Of a DNA stretch of 64,000 bases, positions 1-11,365 are shown in pieces (positions within the stretch are counted from its first letter, which is position 1; every line of letters starts with the position of its first letter). The position numbers and the translations under genes were made by a program. The DNA is from Macrostomum lignano (taxonomy: Eukaryota). Location of the stretch: positions 79,967 through 143,966 of the forward strand of contig NIVC01000512.1 in the NCBI GenBank assembly GCA_002269645.1, read 5' to 3'. The notes below the pieces were generated by a model, which did not search any database, was not told where the DNA came from, and saw nothing but the letters and a program-made list of their open reading frames with translations.

Positions 1-554
1 GCAGTGTATATATGGTTTGGGATAGTTCCATCAGTTAGTTTAAGTTCTAGGAGTCCTTTGAGAGCTTCTATTGGAAGGCAGCTGGAAATTTGACCCTAGC
101 ATTATGCTATCCCAACAAGCAACCCCTGGCATTTGTCTGGTTAACAATGCAAACATCTCAACAAAGGGAGTAAAAAAAAATAAAATAGTAAACTCAGTGA
201 GAATGGAATGTAAATTCAGGTGGGCTGATTATGATAGATATAGCCCCCAACTGTACAGAATGGAGTTATGTTGGTGAGTATGGTACATGTACATACATCA
301 GATTGATATATGTATAATATGGCCAGCAAGTATTTATTGGCATGGAGAAAATGGTAGGTTCATTTACAATACTGGCATTGGCACGGAGAGCAAACATATG
401 CCCACGAATTAATGTACATCCAGTTAAGCAAATATATATGGCACGCAGTCAAAGATATGCACATGACCGGGGTTGGACAGCTATAGAGAAGCCAAGGAGC
501 TGCAATGTAAAGGGACAAAGCAAAGACAGTCATATGTATTGTATGTCACAGTTA

Positions 555-3500
555 CTAATAATCTTCATTGTCGTCATCGGACAGTATGCGCAGGTCTCTG
601 GCAAGGTAGTCAGTGTATAGATCGTACAGGAATTGCTGGCCTGTGTACTCGTTGAACTCGACCAGAAATTTCTAGTCCAGGACATCCCAGCTCAGTCCTG
701 GTGTGGGCAGCTGCCGAATAACATAGCCAGCGTCCCACTCCTCACCGTCCAGGTAGGCAAAACGCATCTCGATGCGCTGACCAGCAAAGAGGTGTGGCAG
801 GCCTCCTTGATAAGGCACCTCTGCCTCATTGTCCTCATCTTCCTCTGCGGCAGTGTGGTTTGCAGAAGCACCACGACCACGGCTGCGACCACCGCCTCGC
901 CCTTGGCCACGACCAGAGCCTCGCCCTCGGCCTCATCCACACTCTGCTGCACCAGTGCCTGCGCCTGTGCCAGGGACAGGGGCCCGGCATTTGGGCTTCT
1001 CCAGGACTGCCTGGACAGTGCTGCGGACACACTCACTGCGGATCGTCAGGTCCAGCATAGCGGAGGCAGCCGAGCCCAGAGGTGACGCAGCTGTGTTGTC
1101 CTGAGGGACAATCAACTCCAGGAGCTCACGTAGATGCTCGCGGAGCTGGGCAGTGGAGAAGCAAATGCCACCAGCAGGAAAACTCAGTAGGTTGGCCTCG
1201 TCCTTGGGCAGGCTGACCTCTGGAAAGAAATACAAAGCAGTAGAAAACCATACATGTAAATAGTTATGAGCATGTAGTTAGAAATACAGTTGCTTTCTTT
1301 GTACACCCTCATTCATATAAAAATTAGCAGTCGAAGTGTTGTGATATGTACTCGTAGCCTTGTGAAGCCGAAGCTGGGCCTTGACTGCTTGTTCATGCTG
1401 CGCAGGGTCCAGCACTGACAACTAGACCGCCATCTAGTCCGCGCTGCGCCACAGGCTGCCGCAGAAATCAATGCTGGAAATTGTAGCCCGCAGCACAGAG
1501 GCGCGAGTCTCTTCCTTGCGGGACTTCTGCAACCTGGCCCGTAGGAGCTCCTGGCGCCCCTGACGGATGAGCTGCGCGCTGCTTTGCCACTGGGTCTCAA
1601 GGGCTGGAGCAAGGGCACAGGCACGCGAAATCAGCAGGTCCTTCTTAGCCACCAACTTAGACTGAATCCATTTGCCTGTGCAGTTCTGGCCGAACAGTAC
1701 AGCCAACTCGCGAGCCAGGGGCCTCATGTAGGGCTTCAGCACCATCGTGCGGTCCAGAACGGCAAACACACGCTCACCAGCGACGTTGTCCTTTGGCGCG
1801 CGCTGCAGCCACTGCTGCCAAGTCCTTAGGCGACAGGTTGCGCAGGCTGCTGTCTGGCAAGTGATCGCACATTTTGCGCTCAAGCAGCATGACCATATGG
1901 GCAGAGAGCACCTGCAGCATTTGGCCAACAATTTCGGTCTCCTTAGCCGGCGCGTCCTCTGACATTAGTGACTCCCACATGAGTAGGGCATCTGGATCCT
2001 GCAGGATGACTTCCGTCAGCTCCGGGAACGGGCCCTTCAGCTCCGTCGAGAGAGCCAGAGTCGCCGCCAAGCTGACACTGCGCAACCAGCTGCATATGGT
2101 CTCGTAATGCTCATTCATGTCGAGCAGCGAAACATGCGAGTCGCGGAGCAGGAGCCACATTGGACGGATGAGCACCAGGTCGAGCAGCCCAAGGGCACGG
2201 CAGCCAGCCAGCAGGACCACAGACCGCAGGTCCGTTTGAACCACAATCAGGAGCCGATTGGGGCAGCAGTACTTGGAAAAGAACCCCAACAGGCGGCCCC
2301 TCTGCCGGTAGACGTACCCCCCGTTCGGGAAGATGACGTACTGTCTGTTGCCTCTAAAATCCTCCATCCAGAAGGGTGGAGCATCTTTCGAGGCCAGGTA
2401 GGAGTCGAGGGGCATGGCAACGCCACACTGCTTGCTCCCCATCCGATGAAAGGCCTTACAGGCCATGCAAATTAAGCGCTGTGCCGGACTCCAACTTGGA
2501 CGGGTGGAAGGCGGCAATCGCAGCGGCACCTTGGGGCTCAGACGAGATGCACTTCTCAGCATCGTGCATGCCCTTGTCTGTGACGCTGGCCAAGTTCACA
2601 AGGACATGCATGCTGCAAATAAGCAACATGACGGCTGAGGCACCGGCAGACCCTTCTGAGCCGCCAGCTGCATGCGCATGTCGTTGAAAAGCACCTAGAG
2701 GCACTTATTCACAATGTGCCGGTCTGTCATCAGGAACTTGACCCGCAACATCAGGCTCTCCTTCATCTTGCGCCATTCTTTGTTGCTATTGTCCAGGGTC
2801 AGCGCACAAAATGTGTCGACCAACTTGTCGACAGTGGTGTCAAGCTCACGGAAGTACATCTCTGCGGTGCCGCTTTCAATCTCACGCAGCGACAGGCCGA
2901 CATGGCGGTGGTCACCCAGGCCCGTGTCAATCTGATACTCGGCAAAATGCTGACCCTTCTTGGATGTGCTGTCTAGCATCACCAACAGCGGCTTGCCCTC
3001 CTGTGAGGCTGCAAGGATTCTCTCCAGGCCACTCGCCTTTGCCAAGCAGTTTCCAACGCTGAAGGTGGAGCTGGCAACTAGCGACTTCGACGGCAGCGGC
3101 AATGCCTGCAACAAGTCGAATGTCGTCAGCCCTGCTAGGACATGCCGGATGCAGCTCATGTCCTAGAACATGGCAGTCCAGAATGAGATGGACACAGGTC
3201 TCAATAACCCAATTTGTGAACTGGACGCCACCAATTGCACGCGGCTCTCGTCGCAACCAGAGTGCCCTTGGCAGCCTCCTGCAATGACTCCGTCACCTGG
3301 TCCAGGCTGCAGTATGCTTGCTGAAGCTGGCCACGCAGCTTGCTGACGGTCTTCTTCGCTTTGTCTGCAGTCTGGCCCTGCCGAGCAAGCTGCTTTGCCC
3401 GGTGGCGAAGGGTCTCTATGGCCTCATTCTGCTAGACGAAAATTCGCTGCTGCCGCCAGATGGTCGCCTTGCAGCTGGCCAGCTTGCCTTTTGCTCAGTG

Positions 3501-4124
3501 AAGCAGCCAAAGCTGAGCCTGAGCCTGAGCCAGAGTGGTCAATTGCTTCAGCGACTTGGCCTGAAGTGTCGACAATGCTTGCTGCTGCTGAGCCAGCTGA
3601 ACACGCAGGTCGGCAATGATGGCGCTGTGGCCCGCTGCTAACCCAGCGCACTCTTCAGCCGACATGGCACTGCAGTTGGCCATGGCCCTAAAGCTCTTGT
3701 CATTGCTGATAGAATCTGTCTCAGAGATGATGTGGCCCTGCTCATGATGCTGCTGCAGCTCCTTCAAAACCTGGGCAGGCAGTTGGAACTCTGCCCCCAG
3801 GAATTCTTAGAGGGCAGATGTGCTACCTCCCTGCACCTTGGTGCTGTGCCTGCGGGTCAGCTTGCGCACATTTGTCTTGGAATAAGCAACCTTCTGCAGC
3901 AGCACTTTCTTGGCATGGTCACTCAAGGCTGTCAATGGCAGGCCCATTGCACGAAGCAGGCATGTGCTGCTAGCAATGCCAGTCTCGCCCTTGGCCTTCG
4001 CCTTGACAACAAACTTCAGCGCCCTTTTGATGCTGATTGGCCTGAGGCAGTCCACTGGTGAACACCACTGACGCTTGGCCTGCAGCGCAGATGGCCCTGG
4101 TGTGGAGGCTGCACTTGATGCCAT
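555..4124 (-). pseudogene. Degenerate DDE-type DNA transposase (hAT/P/MULE-like fold, superfamily undetermined) with C-terminal Spindlin (Spin/Ssty) Tudor-like domain
   Basis: Minus-strand ORF pieces join across stops and frameshifts: coiled N-terminus, then MLDSTSKKG (D1), LMTDRH (D2), CSMH (CxxH), FRGNR, PKDNVAGERVFAVLDR (E), a GT-AG intron at 1220-1351 (LHKAT|KVSLPK), an RGG linker, and FAGQRIEMRF..EEW..FLVEF..FLYDLYTDYLARDLRIL. In-frame stops at 672-674, 933-935, 1434 and 2695. Confidence 0.75.
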
Positions 4125-4223
4125 ATTTCAGGCTGGCTGAAGACTTGGAATAGGAGTGAAAATTGGAAAGTATGAGCCCTTTATTGCTGCTCTGGCTAAG
4201 CAGCCCTAGCCCTAGCCTAGGCA

Positions 4224-4493
4224 TTTTGCATTTAAGAAGCCAATTACATGCTTAAAAGGTGCTTACTTCCTGAGTTATAGACCTTAAAAGTAAAAAATCC
4301 AGCATCCGCATAAGGAAGGGGCCAAAAATAGAGCAAAAATAGTAGTAAAAAGTGAAGAATTTTTTTTACTGTCCAATGTACCATTGTGCAAATGTAGTAT
4401 TTAAAGGCCCTAAATGTTTTGCATTTAAAAAGCCAATTAGATGCTCAATAGGTTGCTTACTTCCTGAGTTATAGCCAATGGAAGTAAAAAATC
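4224..4493. repeat. Imperfect ~76-bp direct repeat pair (4224-4299, 4417-4493) upstream of the transposase
   Basis: Both copies read ttttgcattta..agccaatta.atgct.aa.agg.tgcttacttcctgagttatag..aagtaaaaaatc; probably subterminal repeats of the transposon. Confidence 0.65.
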
Positions 4494-4503
4494 ATACACC
4501 CAA

Positions 4504-5196
4504 CAACAAACAACAGAGTATGCTGCCAGTTCACAAAAGCAGCATCAGATGGCACACTTCAAAGCTTGGGCGCGAACAAAGGCCGCACTGCCGGCAGAGT
4601 CCAGGGCGCCGGCGTTAGCCAGCAGACAGTCGACGTAGCGCCGAGTCCTTGCCTGTCCCCGCCGGTAGGGTGCCTGCAACGTAAGTAGCAGCACCTCCTG
4701 CACCGGCTCCGGACAGTAGGCCTCGGCGCAGATGACGTGGCCTGCCAGCTGGAGTCGCCAACGGCGCAGCAGATCGCTAGGACAGGCCAGGCCGGCGCAA
4801 TGATAGAGCGCCGTGTTGGTGACTCGCTCGTTGCCAATCTTGAAGGCGGCGCGCAGCAGGCCAGCGTGTGCCGCGTCGACTTGAGCCTTGAGCGAGTCTG
4901 TCAGTGTCCAGGTCTCGGCGTTGTATAACAGGATGGTCTTGATCACCGCCTGGAACAGCGCCACCCTCTGGCAGTCCGGTAGGGCTTCGGACTGCAGGAC
5001 TGACCTTATAGAACGAAAGGCAGCCCAGGCAAGTCCTCGGCAACGCCGCAGATCCTCGCAGACGTCGGGAACCAGACCGCCGAGGTAGACAAACTGCTGA
5101 CATCTTGGAAGCTTGGAATCTTGGAAGCGTGCCAGACAACACCGAGGCTGCAATCTTCTGCCGAGGCGCTGATGGACAGGCAAGTGAGCTTCCAAG
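4504..5196 (-). mobile_element. 5'-truncated RTE-clade non-LTR retrotransposon with 5' inversion
   Basis: PRCQQFVYLGG..LLYNAETWTLT..LRRWRLQLAGHV..RYVD (RTE thumb/C-terminus). 10-bp TSD ATACACCCAA at 4494-4503 and 5197-5206. 3' stem-loop atgctgc..gcagcat and short TTG tail. Segment ~5128-5196 is inverted. Confidence 0.9.
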
Positions 5197-5770
5197 ATAC
5201 ACCCAAAAAGTAAAAAAAGTGCATGTTTTTTGAGACAATGATGTGATAATTCTAAACATCAATAAAATGTATAAAATAGCTATGCTAGATAACCAATTTA
5301 TCTTTCTAATGACACCAAGAACAGCAGCATAGGTTTTGTAGCAAAAAAGATATAGTCGTTTAAAGCAAAAAAATTACATTTTTATACAAAAATGGTCCTG
5401 CCCATAATGTATTTTTCCATAAGAAAAAGTTTAAATTTTTGTCACTAAATATGTCATAACTTTTTTATTCCTCAACCAATTAAAAAAATGAAGACATTTT
5501 GGAATACTGTTACTGCCATTTATAATATGCATGCATCAGATAACCTAAATTCTAAAGTTTCAAAATCTCACTGGACACTATCAATTGCTCAATATCTTAG
5601 AATTTTGAGGAACTGAGTCTTATCAAACCAAGTGACTTTTTGCAGTAACTGGCAATGTTAAGGCATATTATGGAGGTAGACACAGTTGCATTGTTTGCAC
5701 TAAGAATATCATCAAAGCTATTAAAATGTGTATGTTTAGGCACAACGTAGGAATTTACCTGGCAATTTTT

Positions 5771-5876
5771 TTGGCAACACACACACACACACACACACAC
5801 GTAAGTTGCTATTGGACAGAATAATAGTCATGTGACTGCTCTCAGCCAATAGCAACTTACATGTGTGTGTTGCCAA
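5771..5876. repeat. Small palindromic MITE-like hairpin with a (CA)n expansion in one arm
   Basis: ttggcaac(ac)n gtaagttgctattgg ... ccaatagcaacttac atgtgtgtgttgccaa: a perfect 15-bp inner IR plus outer arms; the loop contains the palindrome agtcatgtgact. Confidence 0.7.
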
Positions 5877-5879
5877 TAG

Positions 5880-6845
5880 AAATAGTCAAGTGATTCCTAA
5901 GGCCATTTTTATGAAAATGCAAATCTATAGAAACCCAAGATGAAGTGCTCGACAGCTGGCTTAGGACTTTGGAATGGCATACAAGACAATGAACTAGCTC
6001 CTCAAGGATGATGTTGGAATGAAGAACAGAGTAGTAGTCTGTTAGCATTTCTTGTTAGAAGCCCAGAAATTTACTAGAAAGATGTGAACTAAGCAACTAC
6101 TTAGCTGGCTAAAGTTGCATTCACATTGGTACATATCTTCTCAAATGATTTTTTTGTCAATGCAGCTGCCGATAGAAGAAATGAATAATAAATTAGTACC
6201 TAGCTGTGTAAAGGATTTCTTAGACAATGCTCGTGTGATACAATGCAGCAAAAATCTAGCTTCTGTCATGCTGCTAGGGGTCATTAGCTCTGATGGACAA
6301 AAGTGCCCCCTAATCTTCATTGACCCTAGTGCTCAGCTTAATGCTATTGGCTATCAGGAGCTGCTGCAAAACAAAGTGCTACCATGGTTTAACTAGCATT
6401 ACCCAAGTGGCCAATATATGTTCTAGCAAGATGTTGCACCTGCACATACTGCAACAACCACAGAGACCTTCCTATTAGAGAAATTTGCAAATTATTGGCC
6501 AAAGGACTTTTGGCCACCTTTGTTGCCAGATATTTATCCACTGGATTATTATTTCTAGGCACAAGTGGAGCCCTAGGCTTGTTGCATATCTCACTACAAT
6601 CTCAAGTAATTGGGCATCTCTCTCAAAAGCATTGGATAAAATCCTATCAGCTGAAGTGAAAAAAGCTATTGGTAGATTTTGAGCTCAACTAGAGAAAGTT
6701 GTAGAAGTAGATGGCAGTTACATTGAGTAAATTTGTTCTTGACAGTGTGTTGACCATTTACCAAAAACATTTTTGCTCTGCACTTTTGCTTGTCTAAATC
6801 AAGTCAAAATATACTCAGTACTAAAAATGTGACATTTCAATGGAT
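5880..6845 (+). mobile_element. Tc1/mariner maT (DD37D) transposase relic, 5'-truncated
   Basis: RNPR*SARQLA*DFGM (HTH), SVMLLGVISSDGQK, QDVAPAH..WPPLLPDIYPLDY with exactly 37 residues between D2 and D3; several stops; right end ..ttcaatggatccc. Confidence 0.85.
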
Positions 6846-7707
6846 CCCTATTGGAAAAGTTATGCACCTATAGAGGCATAAAAGGTGAACAAGATACACA
6901 AAAAGGCAATTTGGTGGGCTATTTTGTGCATGTTTTGGAAATGCACCTGAGTGCACCTTTTATGCCTAAATCAATATTTTTGAAAAGAGGCATGAAAGGT
7001 ATAAAATTAGTGAAGTGGTTAGGCAGTAAGTGAATTCTCAATTTTGATTGGTTGCAGCAGTAAGGGCAGTAAAGGTGTGCAAATGGTGAAGAGTAGGCTC
7101 ACAAGTGAGGCACAGCAGGTGCATGGGAGATGCTGAAGGGGTGTAGAAAGTGCATAAAAAGTGAATTAGGGGTGCATAAGGTGTACATGTGCAGTGTAAA
7201 TAGGTGCATATAAGGCACTGGAGTTGCACTGCAGGTGAATTTTAGATGCATTTAAGGTATATTTGAGGTACAAAAGGTGTCACTATTAGGTGCATTGCAG
7301 CTGCTTTGAGCTGTTCGGCCCTAGTCTATTGGCATCGGGAACTTAAAAAAAAAGTCAGAAAGGCTTTGATTTCTTTGTCAAACAATTTATGTCAAAATTA
7401 TTTAAATTTGTTCTCCAAAATTCTCTAGGTGTCAAGATATATTTGGCAATTACATTTCATTGCATTGCATCTTACAAGTAGACAGAAGTGAGATGCAAGT
7501 GTAAATTTGAAACAGTTAGTAATTAAATTATCTGAGTTACATATATTAAGAGGTACAGATGGAACATAAAAAGTTTTATTTGTGTCTGCTATCCCCTCCC
7601 TGATTCTTCAGGATCAGCCGTTATTATCCCCTCCCTGATTCTTCAGGATGATCACCCACTGTTACCCCCTTCTTATCAGTCCCTGCAAAGTGGCACTAAA
7701 ACAAGAG

Positions 7708-9964
7708 TTAGTGAAATTCAAATGGCTTCAGCATCGCCAGCTTCAGCACTGGCATCTTCGGCGTCAGCAGCTTCAGTGCCGGCGGCTTTGGTGTCAGCAG
7801 CTTCAGCATCAGCAGATTCAGCATCGTCGGCTTCAGGGTTGGCAGCAGCTTTGGCTGATGACTGCTGATAACAGCCGTCTGCTTGGTTTGCTTCTTTTTG
7901 CCAAAAGGCGGCGGTCCCGTCTTCCGCATGTGTAATTCCCGAAGTCGCCAGAAAGCTGTTGACACGAGCACCTTGCTGTTGGCCAGCCTCGCTTCAGTCT
8001 GCAAGTAGCTGGCAACAGCAGAGCATTTGGCAGCTGATAGTCTGGGAGCGTTGCTGCGACCAGTGTAGGTACAATTGCGCAGCTCCTTTATGCAGACAGC
8101 CATCAGCAGCTTCTGGATGAGGTGCAACTGGCTGCTGTTGTAGGGCTCCTGCTGGAAATCGGCCAATGTGGCGCTCAAAATGGCTGCCACTATTAAGTCG
8201 ATCTGTGAAGAGGAAGACAAGGGGGGACTTGTCCAGTTGTTTAATACCGGTACATACTGTGCAATATTGCTCCCCAACTTTCATCTCCTCCTCCACATCA
8301 ATCACATGCAACGACTTGCCATTACATTGCAGCCTGTAAAAAGAGGTTCTGTGCAGTCGGAGTGTTGCTGCTGTATGGGCACAGGCATAGGCGCAGAGTT
8401 GGCCAATGTAGAGCTGCAGGGCATTGACGGCTCCAGTTGAAAGATGTCGTACAGCTTCTCAATGGACACCACATTGGCAGCAGGAGCAGGCAAGCTGCTT
8501 GGGTTGCCGATGCCGCCACTGGAGGCTGAGGAGTAGGGGAATGTTGAATAATGCAAAGGAATGGTTGCGTAAAGTAGAATTACTTACGTTGCAGCAATTC
8601 TGGCTGCAGTAGCCGAGCCTGCGGCTACCTAGGATGCCAACGAGTGCAGCAATGCAGCCACTGACTGCGCCTCAGCAGCGGCAGCATGATGCCCCTGCTG
8701 TAGCTGCGCAACTGTGCTATGGAGGCTGCTTATTTCTTGAGCCATCTCGGCCTGCAGAGCCAGCGCATTATTGCGCTCCCAGCGCAAGGCATCAAGCTTA
8801 GTCTGCTAACAGTGTCTCACAGGCCAGAGACAGCACGTTGGCTTCAGCCAACTGAATGTCACAAAGCTGGCACTGTGGACATTGCTGCTGCACTGCAAGG
8901 GGATCAGGTGGAAGATGCTTGCAGAGCCACTTGTGAAGCTTGCCTTCCGGTAGCTCTTAAAGGGCCCGTTGAACAGCAGGGCCCTGTGCTTGGCACTGGC
9001 ATTTGTTATTGCCTTCACATAGTAGACGGACACATCTACCCAACAAGTATAGCTGCCAGCAGGTATCGGTGTCGCAATGTAGGATTCGCATATGAGCTTG
9101 AAATTTAGTTGGGGTACAAACTGCACCAGCCAGTATTGCATACCTGCTTGCGCAACAAGTGGAGCATTTGCACCCACAAATAGTGCCACAGAGGCTGTCG
9201 CAACCGCCAACTTGGCAATTGTTGACACCTGCAAGTGTGACGCTGCGGTATTACGCGTGCGCTTGGCAACTGAGCCATCCGCACTGGTCTCGCCATGCTT
9301 CGTTCCGGCTTGGAACTAAGTGGGGAGGGGGTGAGTGAATGAGAAGTCATTGAGAAGAACTGTTGCTGTAGGGATTGTGTACTCATGTTGTAGCATTTCT
9401 GGCTGCGGAGTCGCTTCTACTGCCATCTGCGAGGTTGCCACTGCCACCTGCAGGGTTGTCGCTGCTAACGCTAGGAGTGGGAGGGTGAGTAAATATTGAA
9501 CGATGCAAAGAAATGATTGTTTAAAGTAGAATTACTTATGTTGCGGCAATACCGGCTGCAAAGTCGCCGCCGCTGCCACCTGCGGCACCTGCAGGATTGC
9601 CACTGCCACCTGCAGCACCTGCAGGGTTGCCGCTGCCTGTGGCAACTGCAGGGTTGCCGCTGCCACCTGCGTTACCTGCGGGGTTGCCGTTGCCACCACT
9701 GGGAGCGAAAGGGTGGGTGAATGTTAAATGATGCAAAGGAATGGTTGTTTTAAGTAGGATTACTTACATTGCAGCAATTCCTGCTATGGGCAAGTTGGGT
9801 CTCCTGGCAACCACCCGCGGCTTGTGGGTTTGCCAAGCCGGGTTTTTGTGCACCATGGCGCTCCACATCTTGCATATAAGCTTGCCGCATTCCTGGCATT
9901 CTACGTGCTGAGGCTTCTGCCTGCACAAGGTGCACTTCTTAACATTTTGGCGAGTCCAGACCAT
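7708..9964 (-). pseudogene. Transposon accessory gene: B-box-like zinc finger, low-complexity exons, YWLVQF domain, BEN-like domain
   Basis: MVWTRQNVKKCTLCRQKPQHVECQECGKLICKMWSAMVHKNPAWQTH (B-box1 spacing, sixth Cys changed to Trp). MQYWLVQF. IQKLLMAVCIKELRNCTYTGRSNAPRLSAAKCSAVASYL resembles a BEN domain. Four related short introns, two with GT>AT; frameshifts present. Confidence 0.55.
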
Positions 9965-10679
9965 GATGATTGAATATACTGAAATAGATAGTTGGATAGA
10001 CTGAAGTAGATAGTCAGATAGACTGGAGTAGATAGTCAGATAGACTGGAGTAGATAGTTGGATAGACTGAAGTAGATAGTGCCAATATGTGCAGTAGTTT
10101 AAAATTAGCAATTCACCTGCTTAAATGGATGCATCGATTTCTATAGCCAGTGACCACAGAGTGTATCCACTGCCTAGTGCAATAAGTCAAGCAAAGCATC
10201 CCCAATTTCATGGCAGCAAGTGTAAAATACATTGCTAACATAGCAGAAAGTTATAATGCAACATATAGTACGCTACGTTTGCTGGCAACAACACTGAACA
10301 GTGTATACACAGTGTGTGTACTGGGGAGTGCATAAATAAAGATGTACAAGCATTATTGATTGCCTTATTTGATGTTGCTTATTTGGAGGGGATAACGGCT
10401 CATCTTGAAGAATCATTTTCTAAGGGGCACATGCTTGTGTGTTACATTTGCCCTCTTTTAACATGCTTCCTTTAGAATCTTTTTAAGTCTGAAAAACCTA
10501 CAACAAATGGATGCTTCTCTGGTGATGTCTCTCGCAAAGCCCAAAATTGGAAATGCTATCTGCAATTTACTTAAAAATGTATTCCACAATTTTAATAACT
10601 GCTTCAACTTTTCACTTCCAAGTATTCAACTCCAACTCTAACTTTAACTAGCTGTCAGCAATTGTCCCTCTTTGGGATT

Positions 10680-11365
10680 TTACGCGTGAGCAACCTGGGG
10701 GTGGGGTAGAAGGGCAATGTGCATTTCATTTAGTGCGCATATCCCAAGCACTATGCTGTGGTGCAGCATGATGTCACCATCCTCCAGAAGAAAGCCAAAT
10801 GGTTTGCACTGTAGTTGGTGCATGTGAATAAAGCTGCACACGGCTTCTCCTTCCACTCCTTCTTCACCGGCCAGAAGGAAAGCAAGAGGCATGGGTACTG
10901 GGCCAACTGCTAACAGTCGGACTGTTACAAAGATGCTGCCCTCTACACTGCAAATTTCCTGCACTCTTGCAAAATCCAGAAGGGCATCCTGCAGATTGGT
11001 GCTGAAATAGGCAACAAAGCAGGCGACTATCCGCACATGTGCCAGCTGTGGCCGATATGCTTCGATCCGAAAGCCCTTTGGCAGCATCGCCCACTTGTAA
11101 TGGCCTGTAAGTGTTTAAGATGGAAGCTTCTGCTAAAAATTGCCACACATCATTATGGGAACTGATGCAAGGCAACAAACTCAAGCAACACTTGCGTTGA
11201 AGCAGTACTCGTGATGCAGTTGGACTCCATCCACTGTGTTGCTGTCTTCCATGTCCTGATTCAGCCTGGGTAACCTGGCTTGCACATGCAGAGCAGCATT
11301 GTCAGCGTCAATCAATCCCTGAAGCTCTGTGTTGAGTCTGCGTCTGCCATGGAGATGGGACAGCA
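10680..11365 (-). pseudogene. C-terminal fragment of an EnSpm-type transposase
   Basis: SHLHGRRRLNTELQGLI..YKWAML..DFARVQEICSVEGSIFVTVRLL..QCKPF matches the pattern of animal EnSpm transposase C-termini; the catalytic core is missing. Confidence 0.45.

Noticed and set aside
633-3641. Plus-strand ORFs overlapping the transposase (and similar ones antisense to the LINE and YR element)
   Set aside because: Shadow ORFs of GC-rich coding sequence on the opposite strand; no recognisable motifs.
21-5582. Possible TIRs of the Spindlin-DDE transposon (gatagttcca at 21 versus tggacactatc near 5572-5582)
   Set aside because: Only a short gapped match and no TSD; the element may extend past the left edge of the window.
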